This document shows positions 1-9,627 of a stretch of 64,000 bases of DNA, piece by piece. The stretch lies in IMG/VR virus record IMGVR_UViG_2541047596_000003; one strand, 5' to 3'. Every line of letters begins with the position of its first letter. Position 1 is the stretch's first letter. The notes below the pieces were generated by a model, which worked only from the letters and a program-made list of their open reading frames with translations, did no database searches and was not told the origin of the DNA. The translations under genes and the position numbers were made by a program. The DNA is from a virus. Lineage: Duplodnaviria; Heunggongvirae; Uroviricota; Caudoviricetes.

Positions 1-237
1 GCAGTCGCTGAATTTGAACGAGACCTTTTACTTGAACGCACTCATTCCGGGATAGTAAGAGCCCGCGGCGCAGGGAAACGTTTTGGTCGACTACCTGTGT
101 TAAATGAAGAACAGAAACAGGTGGTATTCGAACGAATTAAGTCAGGTGTAAGTATAAGTGCCATTGCCCGGGAATTCAAAACCTCGCGGCAAACCATTTT
201 AAGAGCCAAAGCAAAACTTCAGACACCTGACATATAA
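1..237 (+). CDS. serine recombinase (invertase/resolvase family), C-terminal part; 5' end outside window
   Basis: Frame 1 is open from the window edge to TAA at 235-237; product ends ...[15 protein letters not shown]...[22 protein letters not shown], i.e. catalytic-domain end plus C-terminal HTH typical of resolvase/invertase. Confidence 0.6.
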   Translation, partial: AVAEFERDLLLERTHSGIVRARGAGKRFGRLPVLNEEQKQVVFERIKSGVSISAIAREFKTSRQTILRAKAKLQTPDI

Positions 238-457
238 AAAATAATCTCAGTGTGAGATGCTTTACGTCTTCCAAGCCCCCTTCCTTGCCGTAAATGGAAA
301 GATACATCTAATTATAGAATTTATATGTTTTACCCTACGGCAGTGCTGGCCATTCAATATCCTGTGCAGTTGACGTATCAACACGGTTCAGCAACACCCG
401 ATACTTCTTCCAGGCTTCCACCACCAGCACGACAAGATGCCGCATACAGTGACCCAG

Positions 458-652
458 TCAGTCCAGTTTCCAGACAACCAGTGCGTCACCTTTTTGAAGG
501 CGCTTTAAAGCACGTTTTAATCCAGGTCGGCCTGTCCTTATTCCGCTTAATTTATCTTCAAATATTTGTTCACATCCTGCACAAACAAGAGCGTTTCGTT
601 GCAGGTCTGTATTCTGGTCATTTGTTGATACCCTTACATAGCCAATCAGCAC
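458..652 (-). pseudogene. pin-like DNA invertase, N-terminal 64-codon fragment (truncated)
   Basis: GTG at 652 then LIGYVRVSTNDQNTDLQRNAL...VVWKLD followed by a stop; matches recalled N-terminus of Pin/Gin/Hin invertases but ends after ~64 aa. Confidence 0.6.
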
Positions 653-706
653 GCTGAATCTCCCGTCCAAAAGCACAAATCATGCCATGCAGGCCAGAAA
701 CCGCCA

Positions 707-732
707 TTATCTAAAACCTCGGTTTACAGGAA
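707..732. other. gix/pix-like invertase crossover site
   Basis: TTATCTAAAACCTCGGTTTACAGGAA, one mismatch to my recollection of the Mu gix site (TTATCCAAAACCTCGGTTTACAGGAA); lies between pin fragment start and tail-fibre exon. Confidence 0.55.
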
Positions 733-1677
733 ACGATAAATCAGGCTTCTGGCGCATTACAGAAAAACCAGAACGGCGCAGATATTCCGGGAAAAGATAC
801 CTTCACCAAAAACATTGGTGCCTGCCGCGCATATAGCGCATGGCTGAATATTGGAGGCGATAGTCAGGTCTGGACAACTGCGCAATTTATTTCGTGGCTG
901 GAGAGTCAGGGGGCATTTAACCATCCTTACTGGATGTGCAAAGGCTCATGGGCTTATGCAAATAATAAGGTTATTACAGATACAGGTTGCGGAAATATTT
1001 GTCTTGCAGGTGCTGTGGTGGAAGTTATTGGCACTCGCGGCGCAATGACCATACGCGTTACTACGCCGAGCACGTCCAGCGGTGGCGGAATTACTAACGC
1101 TCAATTCACTTATATTAATCATGGTGATGCTTACGCTCCTGGCTGGCGACGAGACTACAACACGAAAAACCAGCAGCCTGCATTTGCTTTAGGGCAAACA
1201 GGACGCAGGGTCGCAAATGATAAAGCTGTTGGCTGGAACTGGAATAGCGGTGTTTATGATGCAGATATCAGTGGTGCATCGACATTAATCCTCCACTTCA
1301 ATATGAATGCGGGGAGTTGCCCTGCTGTACAGTTCCGCGTGAATTACAGGAACGGCGGTATTTTTTATCGTTCAGCGCGTGATGGTTATGGCTTTGAAGC
1401 TAACTGGTCAGAGTTTTACACCACAACACGCAAACCCTCTGCGGGGGATGTTGGTGCATATACGCAGGCAGAATGTAACTCAAGGTTTATTACAGGTATT
1501 CGCCTTGGCGGTCTGTCATCTGTTCAGACATGGAAAGGCCCCGGCTGGTCTGACAGGTCAGGTTATGTCGTTACGGGTTCAGTTAACGGAAACCGTGATG
1601 AATTAATTGATACAACTCAGGCAAGGCCAATTCAGTATTGCATTAATGGGACGTGGTATAACGCGGGGAGTATTTAA
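715..1677 (+). CDS. tail fibre C-terminal variable segment (no N-terminal constant part; ORF track start 934)
   Basis: Frame is open from the stop at 712-714, which lies inside the gix-like site, so the exon would be fused by inversion; Gly/Asn-rich fibre-tip-like sequence followed directly by tfa. Confidence 0.6.
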   Translation, partial: NLGLQETINQASGALQKNQNGADIPGKDTFTKNIGACRAYSAWLNIGGDSQVWTTAQFISWLESQGAFNHPYWMCKGSWAYANNKVITDTGCGNICLAGAVVEVIGTRGAMTIRVTTPSTSSGGGITNAQFTYINHGDAYAPGWRRDYNTKNQQPAFALGQTGRRVANDKAVGWNWNSGVYDADISGASTLILHFNMNAGSCPAVQFRVNYRNGGIFYRSARDGYGFEANWSEFYTTTRKPSAGDVGAYTQAECNSRFITGIRLGGLSSVQTWKGPGWSDRSGYVVTGSVNGNRDELIDTTQARPIQYCINGTWYNAGSI

Positions 1678-1679
1678 CG

Positions 1680-2213
1680 ATGATGCACTTAAAAAACATT
1701 ACTGCTGGCAACCCTAAAACAAAAGAGCAATACCAGCTAACAAAGCAATTTAACATCAAATGGCTTTATTCAGATGATGGAAAAAACTGGTATGAGGAAC
1801 AAAAGAATTTCCAGCCAGACACTTTGAAAATGGTCTATGACCATAACGGCGTTATTATTTGTATTGAAAAGGATGTTTCAGCAATTAATCCAGAGGGTGC
1901 AAGCGTCGTTGAATTACCTGATATTACAGCAAATCGCCGGGCTGATATTTCGGGGAAATGGATGTTCAAAGATGGCGTAGTGATAAAGCGAACTTATACC
2001 GAGGAAGAGCAGAGGCAACAAGCGGAAAATGAAAAGCAAAGCCTGTTGCAACTTGTCAGGGATAAAACCCAGCTATGGGACTCACAGCTACGGCTGGGCA
2101 TCATTTCCGACGAGAATAAACAAAAATTAACCGAGTGGATGCTCTATGCGCAGAAAGTCGAATCTACAGACACTTCCGGCCTGCCAGTAACGTTTCCCGA
2201 ACAACCAGAATGA
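1680..2213 (+). CDS. tail fibre assembly protein (Tfa)
   Basis: 177 aa immediately downstream of the fibre segment; Tfa-like size and position. Confidence 0.75.
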   Translation: MMHLKNITAGNPKTKEQYQLTKQFNIKWLYSDDGKNWYEEQKNFQPDTLKMVYDHNGVIICIEKDVSAINPEGASVVELPDITANRRADISGKWMFKDGVVIKRTYTEEEQRQQAENEKQSLLQLVRDKTQLWDSQLRLGIISDENKQKLTEWMLYAQKVESTDTSGLPVTFPEQPE

Positions 2214-2388
2214 GAGAAGGCCCGCTAGACTATCTTTAATTTCTCGCTCATACAGCCTTGCTTTATGAATAAAACGCACCCCAGCAGCCAGTGCTACTGG
2301 GGACGGAGGTGTTGCTGGTAAAGTTAGGTATTGGATCAATGAGTGAGTCAACATAATATTAAACTCACAATTATAAATCAGCCATATA

Positions 2389-3846
2389 TTAGGAGCGCCA
2401 AAAAAAACCTGAAAACAATATAATAACAGGATAAATTTCAAGGCGACCAAGAATCATAGCTATGCACATTAAACATTTTGCAATGTCATTAAGCACTCCG
2501 AATGACGATGCAGTAGCCCCAAAACCTAATCCCATATTATTAATACATGCAGCCACTGTTGCAAATGATGTAAGAAAATCATATCCCATACCATTTAACA
2601 CCAGTATAAAAAACACCGTGAAGAGAGTATAAAGAAAAAAGAAACTCCATACAGACCTCATTACACGATCTGTAACTATCTTCCCTCCTACATTTACACT
2701 CAACAACGCTCTGGGATGAGAAAGCTGATTTATCTCGTGTTTGCTTTGTTTGAAAAGTATAAGAAATCGAAGTGACTTAATTCCACCACAAGTTGAACCT
2801 ATACATCCCCCAAAGAAACTTGACAACAGCAAAAACACTATCGTGTGCGTGGGCCAACTTGCATAATCCTGCGTAGCTAAACCATTATCAGTGAGCATGG
2901 AGCTGGCAAGAAAAAACGAATGAATAAAACTTCCATGCAAGTCATACATACCTATATGCCAGACCTGGAAAGAGGTAACAATGATCACCCCTAAGGCTAT
3001 TAACAGAAAGAAACGAAGTTCAATATCTCTGATTAAAGGTTTTATCGTTTTCCTGCTAATAACAATATACCAAAGAGTGAAGTTGAAAGCCGATAGCAGG
3101 GAAAAAGAACCAGCCACCAGCTCAACCAAATAGTTATTAAAATATCCGATACTCTCGCTATGAGTTGAGAAACCACCAAGCGAAACTGTGGAAATCCCGT
3201 GACAAATAGCATCAAACAAAGGCATTCCTGCAAGTCTATAACAGACAATACAAGCAATACCTAATAAAGAATAAGTTATCCACAGTGTCCGTGACGTATC
3301 GGCCAGGCGGGGAGTGAGTTTGTCATCCTTAAATGGCCCCGGCATTTCTGACTGATAAAGCTTTGCACCACCAATACCCAATAATGGCAATACTGCAACC
3401 GCCAGAACAATAACTCCTAAACCACCTATAAAATTTAACTGTGACCGATAGTACAAATATGCCCGAGGTAATGAACTAACATCATCAATTACAGTTGCTC
3501 CTGTTGTTGTTATTCCAGAAACCCCTTCAAACAGAGCATCAATGAACGTTAAATTAAGTTCTGAGTCAATCCATAAAGGGAATGCACTAATAACAGAAAA
3601 CAAAATCCAAAACATTACAATTATAATAAACCCATCACGGGTACGTAATTGAATGCCAGATTTCTTAGTTGTATACCACGCTCCGCCACCAATGCAAAAA
3701 AATATAACGAAAGTTATAAAGAAAACGAACAGGATTTTTTCTTTATAAAACAATGCTACAACCATTGGTGGCAACATTGAAAGACTATAGAGCCAAACCA
3801 AGAACCCACACATATGAGTAACAACTCTTACATGAGATGTATTCAT
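2389..3846 (-). CDS. trkG: Trk-system potassium uptake protein TrkG
   Basis: Polytopic membrane protein with TrkH/TrkG-type sequence; ATG at 3846 (MNTSHVRVV) gives 485 aa as in Rac TrkG; ORF track start 3864. Confidence 0.85.
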   Translation of the reverse strand: MNTSHVRVVTHMCGFLVWLYSLSMLPPMVVALFYKEKILFVFFITFVIFFCIGGGAWYTTKKSGIQLRTRDGFIIIVMFWILFSVISAFPLWIDSELNLTFIDALFEGVSGITTTGATVIDDVSSLPRAYLYYRSQLNFIGGLGVIVLAVAVLPLLGIGGAKLYQSEMPGPFKDDKLTPRLADTSRTLWITYSLLGIACIVCYRLAGMPLFDAICHGISTVSLGGFSTHSESIGYFNNYLVELVAGSFSLLSAFNFTLWYIVISRKTIKPLIRDIELRFFLLIALGVIIVTSFQVWHIGMYDLHGSFIHSFFLASSMLTDNGLATQDYASWPTHTIVFLLLSSFFGGCIGSTCGGIKSLRFLILFKQSKHEINQLSHPRALLSVNVGGKIVTDRVMRSVWSFFFLYTLFTVFFILVLNGMGYDFLTSFATVAACINNMGLGFGATASSFGVLNDIAKCLMCIAMILGRLEIYPVIILFSGFFWRS

Positions 3847-3983
3847 ATCTAAATATTCTTTCAATTATAACCACCTTGCTGCAATATTATGATTATACTG
3901 TATAAAATTTAACTCCTCTTAGATCTTACTTCACTGTTCCTTATGAAACAATCATCAAAATGAATCATATTGTAGTTAAGATT

Positions 3984-4460
3984 TTACTTTAAACACTGCT
4001 CGGTTATGTATTGCTGAGCACCTTCAAGTTGGGCCTGCATCATTACCAGTCGTTCCCGGAGGGTGAAATAATCCCGTTCAGCGGTGTCTGCCAGTCGGGG
4101 GGAGGCTGCATTATCCACGCCGGAGGCGGTGGTGGCTTCACGCACTGACTGACAGACTGCTTTGATGTGCAACCGACGACGACCAGCGGCAACATCATCA
4201 CGCAGAGCATCATTTTCAGCTTTCGCATCAGCTAACTCCTTCGTGTATTTTGCATCGAGCGCAGCAACATCACGCTGACGCATCTGCATGTCAGTAATTG
4301 CCGCGTTCGCCAGCTTCAGTTCTCTGGCATTTTTGTCGCGCTGGGCTTTGTAGGTAATGGCGTTATCACGGTAATGATTAACAGCCCATGACAGGCAGAC
4401 GATGATGCAGATAACCAGAGCGGAGATAATCGCGGTTACTCTGTTCATTGCTGACCCCAC
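3984..4460 (-). CDS. Rz-like i-spanin
   Basis: 158 aa, N-terminal TM then coiled-coil, directly downstream of the endolysin; contains embedded +1 lipoprotein ORF. Confidence 0.75.
   Translation of the reverse strand: MGSAMNRVTAIISALVICIIVCLSWAVNHYRDNAITYKAQRDKNARELKLANAAITDMQMRQRDVAALDAKYTKELADAKAENDALRDDVAAGRRRLHIKAVCQSVREATTASGVDNAASPRLADTAERDYFTLRERLVMMQAQLEGAQQYITEQCLK
4043..4228 (-). CDS. Rz1-like o-spanin lipoprotein (embedded in Rz)
   Basis: [20 protein letters not shown] lipobox plus proline-rich body, wholly inside the Rz frame. Confidence 0.65.
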   Translation of the reverse strand: MRKLKMMLCVMMLPLVVVGCTSKQSVSQCVKPPPPPAWIMQPPPDWQTPLNGIISPSGNDW

Positions 4461-4942
4461 AAACAGATTTCACGCTCAATCTCACGACGAGTCATGAGAC
4501 CTTTCCATTGCTTACCGCCAGCATATGTCCAGCGACGTAGCTGATCACATGCGCCTTTGATATCGCCCTGGTTTATTTTGCGAAGAAGCGTCGATGTTCT
4601 GAAATTGCCAGCACCCACGTTGTAAACGAATGAGTAAAGAGCGCCGCGCGTTGTTTCCGGTATATCGACTTTGATGTACGGGTTAATTTGTCTGGCGACC
4701 GTGGCAAGGTCTTTATTCAAGAGTGTTTTGCATTCTGCTTTGGTATACGTTTTACCGAGCATGATGTCTTTTCCTGTATGCCCGTGACATACAGTCCATA
4801 CACCAACAATATCTTTGTATGGTATGTAGCTGACACCTTCCAGACCATCGTTACCACTTGGGCCAGTGATTAACACTGATGCTATAGCAATTGCTCCGCC
4901 ATCAATAGCAGCAGCAACGACTTTTCGTAATGATGGAGGCAT
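4445..4942 (-). CDS. phage lysozyme / endolysin (GH24-like)
   Basis: 165 aa with the lysozyme R family signature ...[19 protein letters not shown]...; between holin and Rz. Confidence 0.85.
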   Translation of the reverse strand: MPPSLRKVVAAAIDGGAIAIASVLITGPSGNDGLEGVSYIPYKDIVGVWTVCHGHTGKDIMLGKTYTKAECKTLLNKDLATVARQINPYIKVDIPETTRGALYSFVYNVGAGNFRTSTLLRKINQGDIKGACDQLRRWTYAGGKQWKGLMTRREIEREICLWGQQ

Positions 4943-5157
4943 TATTCACCTCTCGCAGCCTTGCGCTTATCTTCTTTAATCTTGAAATAAAGGTTTGTCA
5001 GGTACGTCAGCAGGCCAAATACCAGACTACCCAGCACACCGATTGCAGCCCACTGTGACGGAGTTACTCTATCGAGCAACTGTAAAAACCAGTAGCCAGC
5101 ACTGCCTGCGGAGGTGCCGTAGGCAATGCCTGTTGAAATTTTGTCCATGGATTTCAT
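4942..5157 (-). CDS. holin (EssD-like, class II)
   Basis: [26 protein letters not shown]... with SD GGAGGTGA upstream of the ATG at 5157; ORF track start 5214. Confidence 0.75.
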   Translation of the reverse strand: MKSMDKISTGIAYGTSAGSAGYWFLQLLDRVTPSQWAAIGVLGSLVFGLLTYLTNLYFKIKEDKRKAARGE

Positions 5158-5257
5158 AGCCTCACCTCCGCACGGAACGGATGGCATAGTTATTATGTGT
5201 AGGCTTTCAGACACATCAATCAGAGCCTTAATTGATATATATGCTGGAGACGATGCA

Positions 5258-5283
5258 ATATAAAAAGCTCGCCGTAGCGAGCT
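5258..5283 (-). terminator. rho-independent terminator after the lipoprotein pair
   Basis: Hairpin AGCTCGC-CGTA-GCGAGCT (5266-5283); minus-strand RNA follows it with a U-run (A-run 5262-5266 on +). Confidence 0.5.
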
Positions 5284-5408
5284 AATAAAATGTATTTCTC
5301 TGATATTATGTTTATTTGTATTAGCTCAGACTTGACATCACAGGTTTCGTATATAGAACATCATCAAATCTGTCAGTTTGCTATGAATGAGATATAGTAA
5401 TTGAAGAG

Positions 5409-5804
5409 CTAACCTCGCATGTCAAAGCCAGATTTCTGAAAATCTCTGTAGACTTCCGGATTGTTGAAGGCCGGAAATTTGGCTTTATGAGCTGCGGACT
5501 TTATCGCTTCGCAATAGGCTTTATCACCGTTACTGGTAGATATTTTTAACGCCGTGCCATCCTGAGAGAATTCCATATGCAACCTGCATTTTTTCCCTTT
5601 CCAGTTATGCGGCTCATCAAGTTTGGCATTAATTGCAGCTCTGATTCCCCGCGCTTGCGCCCCCCATTCATCCTGATCATCCCAGCGTCCTGAACTGCAA
5701 CTACCTGTAGCAGTAGTTTTGTGGCAATCTGAAGGGTGTAAAGGTGTGCATCCCGCAACAAAACCGACCCAAAAAGTCAACATAACGATTTTCTTTAATC
5801 CCAC
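5409..5804 (-). CDS. lipoprotein with divergent TolA domain III-like C-terminus
   Basis: Signal peptide with lipobox VAGC; C-terminus ...KGKKCRLHMEFSQDGTALKISTSNGDKAYCEAIKSAAHKAKFPAFNNPEVYRDF resembles TolA-III; start 5804 is GTG with SD GAGGAG. Confidence 0.6.
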   Translation of the reverse strand: MGLKKIVMLTFWVGFVAGCTPLHPSDCHKTTATGSCSSGRWDDQDEWGAQARGIRAAINAKLDEPHNWKGKKCRLHMEFSQDGTALKISTSNGDKAYCEAIKSAAHKAKFPAFNNPEVYRDFQKSGFDMRG

Positions 5805-5954
5805 TTCTTGCTCCTCAATCCATTAAAATCTCAGCAATAGTAGTTGTTACGTCCGCCACTGGCTCAGAGCTGACTATCCGCTAAATTTAGCTCAGTGCCG
5901 TAGCTGTGTCAGAACAAACCTAAGCCGAAACCGTTTATTACAAAACAATAAATA

Positions 5955-6383
5955 TCAGGGTTTAAAATCCAGCACCCCATTTTGAAATACTTTATATACT
6001 TCCGGCGAAGGGGGGGCAGGTATATCAGCATTCTTTATCGCATTCATCGCTTCACGACATAAATCGAGGTCTCCACTTTCTCTTTTAACCTCCAGTAGAA
6101 GGCCATTCGGGGCCATATGCATTCTCAGTGTACACTCTTTTCCTGAATACTTACTCGCATCCCCGAACTGTTTTTCGATGGCGCTCTTGATTTGATGGGC
6201 ATACAGACGGATATCCTCACTAACATCAGAAGTACGTTCAGATGAACTCACATACTGTGTCTCTATTGCTTTATCGGAGTAATATGATGTACGGTCATGA
6301 TAATTTGTCGATACAGCATCAGTGCACCCGATAATAATCCCACTAATAATCAACGTAAGAATTGATGCGCTACGAAAACCCAT
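5955..6383 (-). CDS. lipoprotein with TolA domain III-like C-terminus
   Basis: Signal peptide with lipobox IIGC; C-terminal ~90 aa YAHQIKSAIEKQFGDASKYSGKECTLRMHMAPNGLLLEV...CREAMNAIKNADIPAPPSPEVYKVFQNGVLDFKP closely parallels recalled E. coli TolA C-terminus ending ...VYEVFKNAPLDFKP. Confidence 0.65.
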   Translation of the reverse strand: MGFRSASILTLIISGIIIGCTDAVSTNYHDRTSYYSDKAIETQYVSSSERTSDVSEDIRLYAHQIKSAIEKQFGDASKYSGKECTLRMHMAPNGLLLEVKRESGDLDLCREAMNAIKNADIPAPPSPEVYKVFQNGVLDFKP

Positions 6384-6413
6384 TTTTCCTCACATATGTC
6401 ATATAGTAAAGGA

Positions 6414-6442
6414 TTATATATACCGTTGTTTTGGACGCTCAA
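6414..6442 (-). promoter_or_regulatory. candidate sigma70 promoter of the lipoprotein cassette
   Basis: On the minus strand TTGAGC-17 bp-ATATAA(T), about 30 nt upstream of the lipoprotein ATG at 6383. Confidence 0.35.
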
Positions 6443-7319
6443 ACAGCGAATCAGATCAAATAAAACGCACATTTGTTAACATTTACACAAAGTCTGCGTG
6501 GGATATTCTGAAAGAATATCCATAATGTGGAGAGAATCTATTGAAGTGCATGGTGCCGGGTGCCTCCCGGTGAACAAAATGTTCGTGATACCTGTCGGCG
6601 ACAGAAAAGGTTAATGGTATCACCCCACCGCACAGGGGGATTCACCATGCAGGAGTTTTCTTAGCAAACTCACTGCGCGCCCGGCAACTCCCAACCACAT
6701 AAAATGCGGAGTTTGTGGTATTTATGCATATAACTCGCAGGAATTATCTTAAAAAACTGATGTCGATCCGGATTAAAAAGAAGCAGGTCATCATCAGATG
6801 ACTGGAAAAAAGGAAAACAAAAAATACTCATCATACAGTTTTGATTGCAGGGATGAGCCTGCTATGCACAATATGCAGAATATAAGCAAGATAAAAATAT
6901 GCAGGCATATTATTTCGGATTTTGTTATTAACACAACCTTTTTAATAATCATTTGGCATACAATAAACCAGCCCAAAAAGAACCGCCTAAACAGGCGGTT
7001 GGTCAATACAAAGGATGCTTCGTCTTTATTATAGTAATCTGAGGCGTCGGGTGTCTTGTATCAGACAACATATTGTCCCGCTAAACAGCGAATTACAAAC
7101 CACCCTGCAATGATCTCTCATCTCATTTTATATGAGTTGACGACATCAGGATAACGCATCATCAGCCCCTGCCAAGAAATATCAAAACTCCCGCCAGCAA
7201 TGTGTTATCACAATATTGTAAAAAAAACACAGCACCGAAACTATAACTGGTCTCTGTTATAATTTGGAGCAGAAAGACCAGTTGCCCAACTAGCAGCATT
7301 CTCCCCTGCTTTCCTGACG

Positions 7320-7348
7320 TAAAAAAACCGCATTAAGCGGTTTTTTTA
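7320..7348 (-). terminator. tR'-like rho-independent terminator downstream of the Q-like gene
   Basis: AAAAAAACCGC-ATTAA-GCGGTTTTTTT, a symmetric hairpin with U-runs on both strands, ~80 nt after the Q-like stop. Confidence 0.5.
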
Positions 7349-7427
7349 CGATGTCCATGTCTGCAATCCGCCTCGCGATACAGCTTTGCGAAGCATAGCA
7401 AAATTGAAGCAGTTTATACGTAAGAAA

Positions 7428-7970
7428 TCAAGCCATTTTCTCAGCAAATGATTCACGCATGGGAATATATAGGGCATACTCAGCAACAGCTAACCAATTA
7501 GCAATCCGTTTTTCGCATGTGCTAAAACACCACTCTGGGTGTGCATCATTTAGCAATTCAGCCATTTTGCGCTTAGTCATCCCCCGCCCTTCATAGCGTT
7601 GCCGGAGAATGCAAATCAATCCTGGATGCTCTGCCAGCACCTCACTTATGACTCGATCAATACATAACGCCTCTGCATCAGTACAATGCGCCAGCCAGCT
7701 CTTTTGCTTGCCGTTGATCATCTCTCGCAAAAACGCTTCCAGCTCAGCTTTCTCTATTCCCGCTTTTTTCATTCTGCGCAGGGCTTCATTAATGGCTGTT
7801 TTCGTCAGTTTTTTGGATGCCAACAACTGATTGAACATATTCCCTGACCTGCCACCGCCAATATACGACCAGCGCCCCCACATACGTAGTTTTCCCTGAA
7901 TCCAGACACTTTCCAGCGTGGTGAGGCGAAGGTGTTCTCCGCTTTTTCCTGTATTCGTTGGGTAAATCAT
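7428..7970 (-). CDS. putative late-gene antiterminator (Q-like)
   Basis: 180 aa ORF at the Q position, between ybcO-like and the terminator/lysis region; assignment positional. Confidence 0.45.
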   Translation of the reverse strand: MIYPTNTGKSGEHLRLTTLESVWIQGKLRMWGRWSYIGGGRSGNMFNQLLASKKLTKTAINEALRRMKKAGIEKAELEAFLREMINGKQKSWLAHCTDAEALCIDRVISEVLAEHPGLICILRQRYEGRGMTKRKMAELLNDAHPEWCFSTCEKRIANWLAVAEYALYIPMRESFAEKMA

Positions 7971-8257
7971 AAATGACCTTTCTTTCTCCAGATTTCTTGT
8001 GTGCGAAAAACCCCTTCAGCATGCATCAGGCGCAATTCTTCTTTGGTGTAATCGCTGGTTTTTACCCGCCCGTCGATTAGATCGTGGCATGAGCTACAGG
8101 CTATCGCCGCCTGCATATCGTGTGGTTTTGTCGCTGTTCCGCACGTCCCCGCCAGCCTGTAATGCGCCAGCACAGAGGTTTCGGGATTGTGATTGCAGTA
8201 GCCAGGGATTCTGATCTGGCACATCTGGCCTTTAGCCGCTTTACGTAAATTCACCAT
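7967..8257 (-). CDS. YbcO-like putative nuclease (DUF1364)
   Basis: 96 aa, Cys/His-rich (CSSCHDLIDGR); resembles DLP12 YbcO; ATGA overlap with the Q-like start. Confidence 0.55.
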   Translation of the reverse strand: MVNLRKAAKGQMCQIRIPGYCNHNPETSVLAHYRLAGTCGTATKPHDMQAAIACSSCHDLIDGRVKTSDYTKEELRLMHAEGVFRTQEIWRKKGHL

Positions 8258-8856
8258 TACGCAAACTCCAGTAGTTGTGCGGCCACATTTTCAACTTCCT
8301 CCTGAGAGGAGAATTTACGAAACAGAATCCAGTTCCACAGCACATTCAGTACAGATTTATAAACCTGCTGAAACTCGACTTCGTCCATATTCGCAAAAGC
8401 GATGGATTTTGCCCGACGCCCACGGCTACCGTCCGGATAAATATGCTCGGTGTAAAATCCGGCCTGAATGGTTACCCACTCGCGGAAAGCCTCAAACGAC
8501 TTTAGCAACGCCGTATCCCGGGTTCTACGAGTCGCAACGGTGTTAAGGTATTGCTCTGCGGCATCACTCAGGGCTGGCGTGTGTTCCCGACCAACTGATT
8601 CGCACAGGTAATCAACGAAACCAGACAGCAGTTCTCGTTCGCGAGGCGTGATCGCCCCACCGACCGGAGTCCAGTAATCGAATCCCAGTTGCAGGAGTTT
8701 GAAAAAACGCTTGTGGAATGCGTAGTTACGCACACGCTTAAAGTCTGCGTGTATCCACTCACCTATTTTGATTTGATGCAGAAAATCGCAACTCTCCGGC
8801 GTCGCCGGGAGAAGTAAACCAGAAGAAGTTTGTTTGACCAGTTGTATATGCGCCAT
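8257..8856 (-). CDS. YdfU-like DUF1367 phage protein
   Basis: 199 aa ORF coupled to ybcO-like; similarity to Qin YdfU recalled, not computed. Confidence 0.45.
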   Translation of the reverse strand: MAHIQLVKQTSSGLLLPATPESCDFLHQIKIGEWIHADFKRVRNYAFHKRFFKLLQLGFDYWTPVGGAITPRERELLSGFVDYLCESVGREHTPALSDAAEQYLNTVATRRTRDTALLKSFEAFREWVTIQAGFYTEHIYPDGSRGRRAKSIAFANMDEVEFQQVYKSVLNVLWNWILFRKFSSQEEVENVAAQLLEFA

Positions 8857-9136
8857 TTCTCAATCTCTCGATGGCGCAGCGCAGCAGATGCCAGTTGTTC
8901 AGGCTGACGAATAAAGTATAAATAAACTGGCTATGGTGTAAAGCCCCACATAGCATGAACAAACACTACATATCAAATAGCTGGTACAAGGATAGAAATA
9001 CGACATTTATTATTAAAAACGATTAGATAAATTACATTTTAATGTTATGCAAAAGTTCTTTTTTATCATAACATTTCAATAAAAGCATTACAGATGCAAT
9101 CATCCCGTCATCATCAATTATTTAAGGTGGTTAAAC

Positions 9137-9223
9137 ATGGAAAATAACAAGTTCGCACATCTCGCTCCTTTTTTATCCGTAATCCTTTTCGCTTGTTGTT
9201 TTATATGGGCATTATTTTTATAA
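9137..9223 (+). CDS. 28-codon hydrophobic peptide ORF (MENNKFAHLAPFLSVILFACCFIWALFL)
   Basis: ATG 9137 preceded by SD AAGGTGG; single predicted TM; lies in an AT-rich stretch with no ORF of 60 aa or more. Confidence 0.3.
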   Translation: MENNKFAHLAPFLSVILFACCFIWALFL

Positions 9224-9627
9224 AGTAGCCACATGATAAGTTGCTGGAATCATATTTCCCACTCAAGTCATTAACATTTGATAAGATATATCTAAAAGGA
9301 CGCCTTTACATTATTTATGTGTATATAATTTATTTATATACACAGTAAAGGTATCCTGGGAAAATATTTATCGTTAAAAAATACATCATAAATAATTAAG
9401 CTGAAATTTCAGAACACAACTAATACACACAATAAGGTTCAGTAACAATAATCTATGTGGACTACATCGAGATTTTTTGATTAAACTTTAATAACTTATT
9501 CCTAACACACAGAATGCATAAACTAAAAGTAAAACAAATAGTTATACGAAAAACAACCATATTTATTATATCTTCTCCTCTAATCAACATATCAATTATG
9601 TGTTTCATAACAGCTTGACATAACCCT

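Noticed and set aside
325-657. Plus-strand 110-aa ORF
   Set aside because: Fully overlaps the pin-like fragment whose translation matches the invertase N-terminus on the opposite strand; no SD; judged a shadow frame.
2279-2302. Hairpin downstream of trkG as a terminator
   Set aside because: Stem has a mismatch and the following U-run is only four residues after a 4-nt gap; too weak to annotate.
6540-6660. GC-rich patch with local stems, checked as a possible tRNA or att-associated RNA
   Set aside because: No T-loop (GTTCRANYC-type) or acceptor-stem/CCA arrangement found; Rac integrates at ttcA, not at a tRNA.
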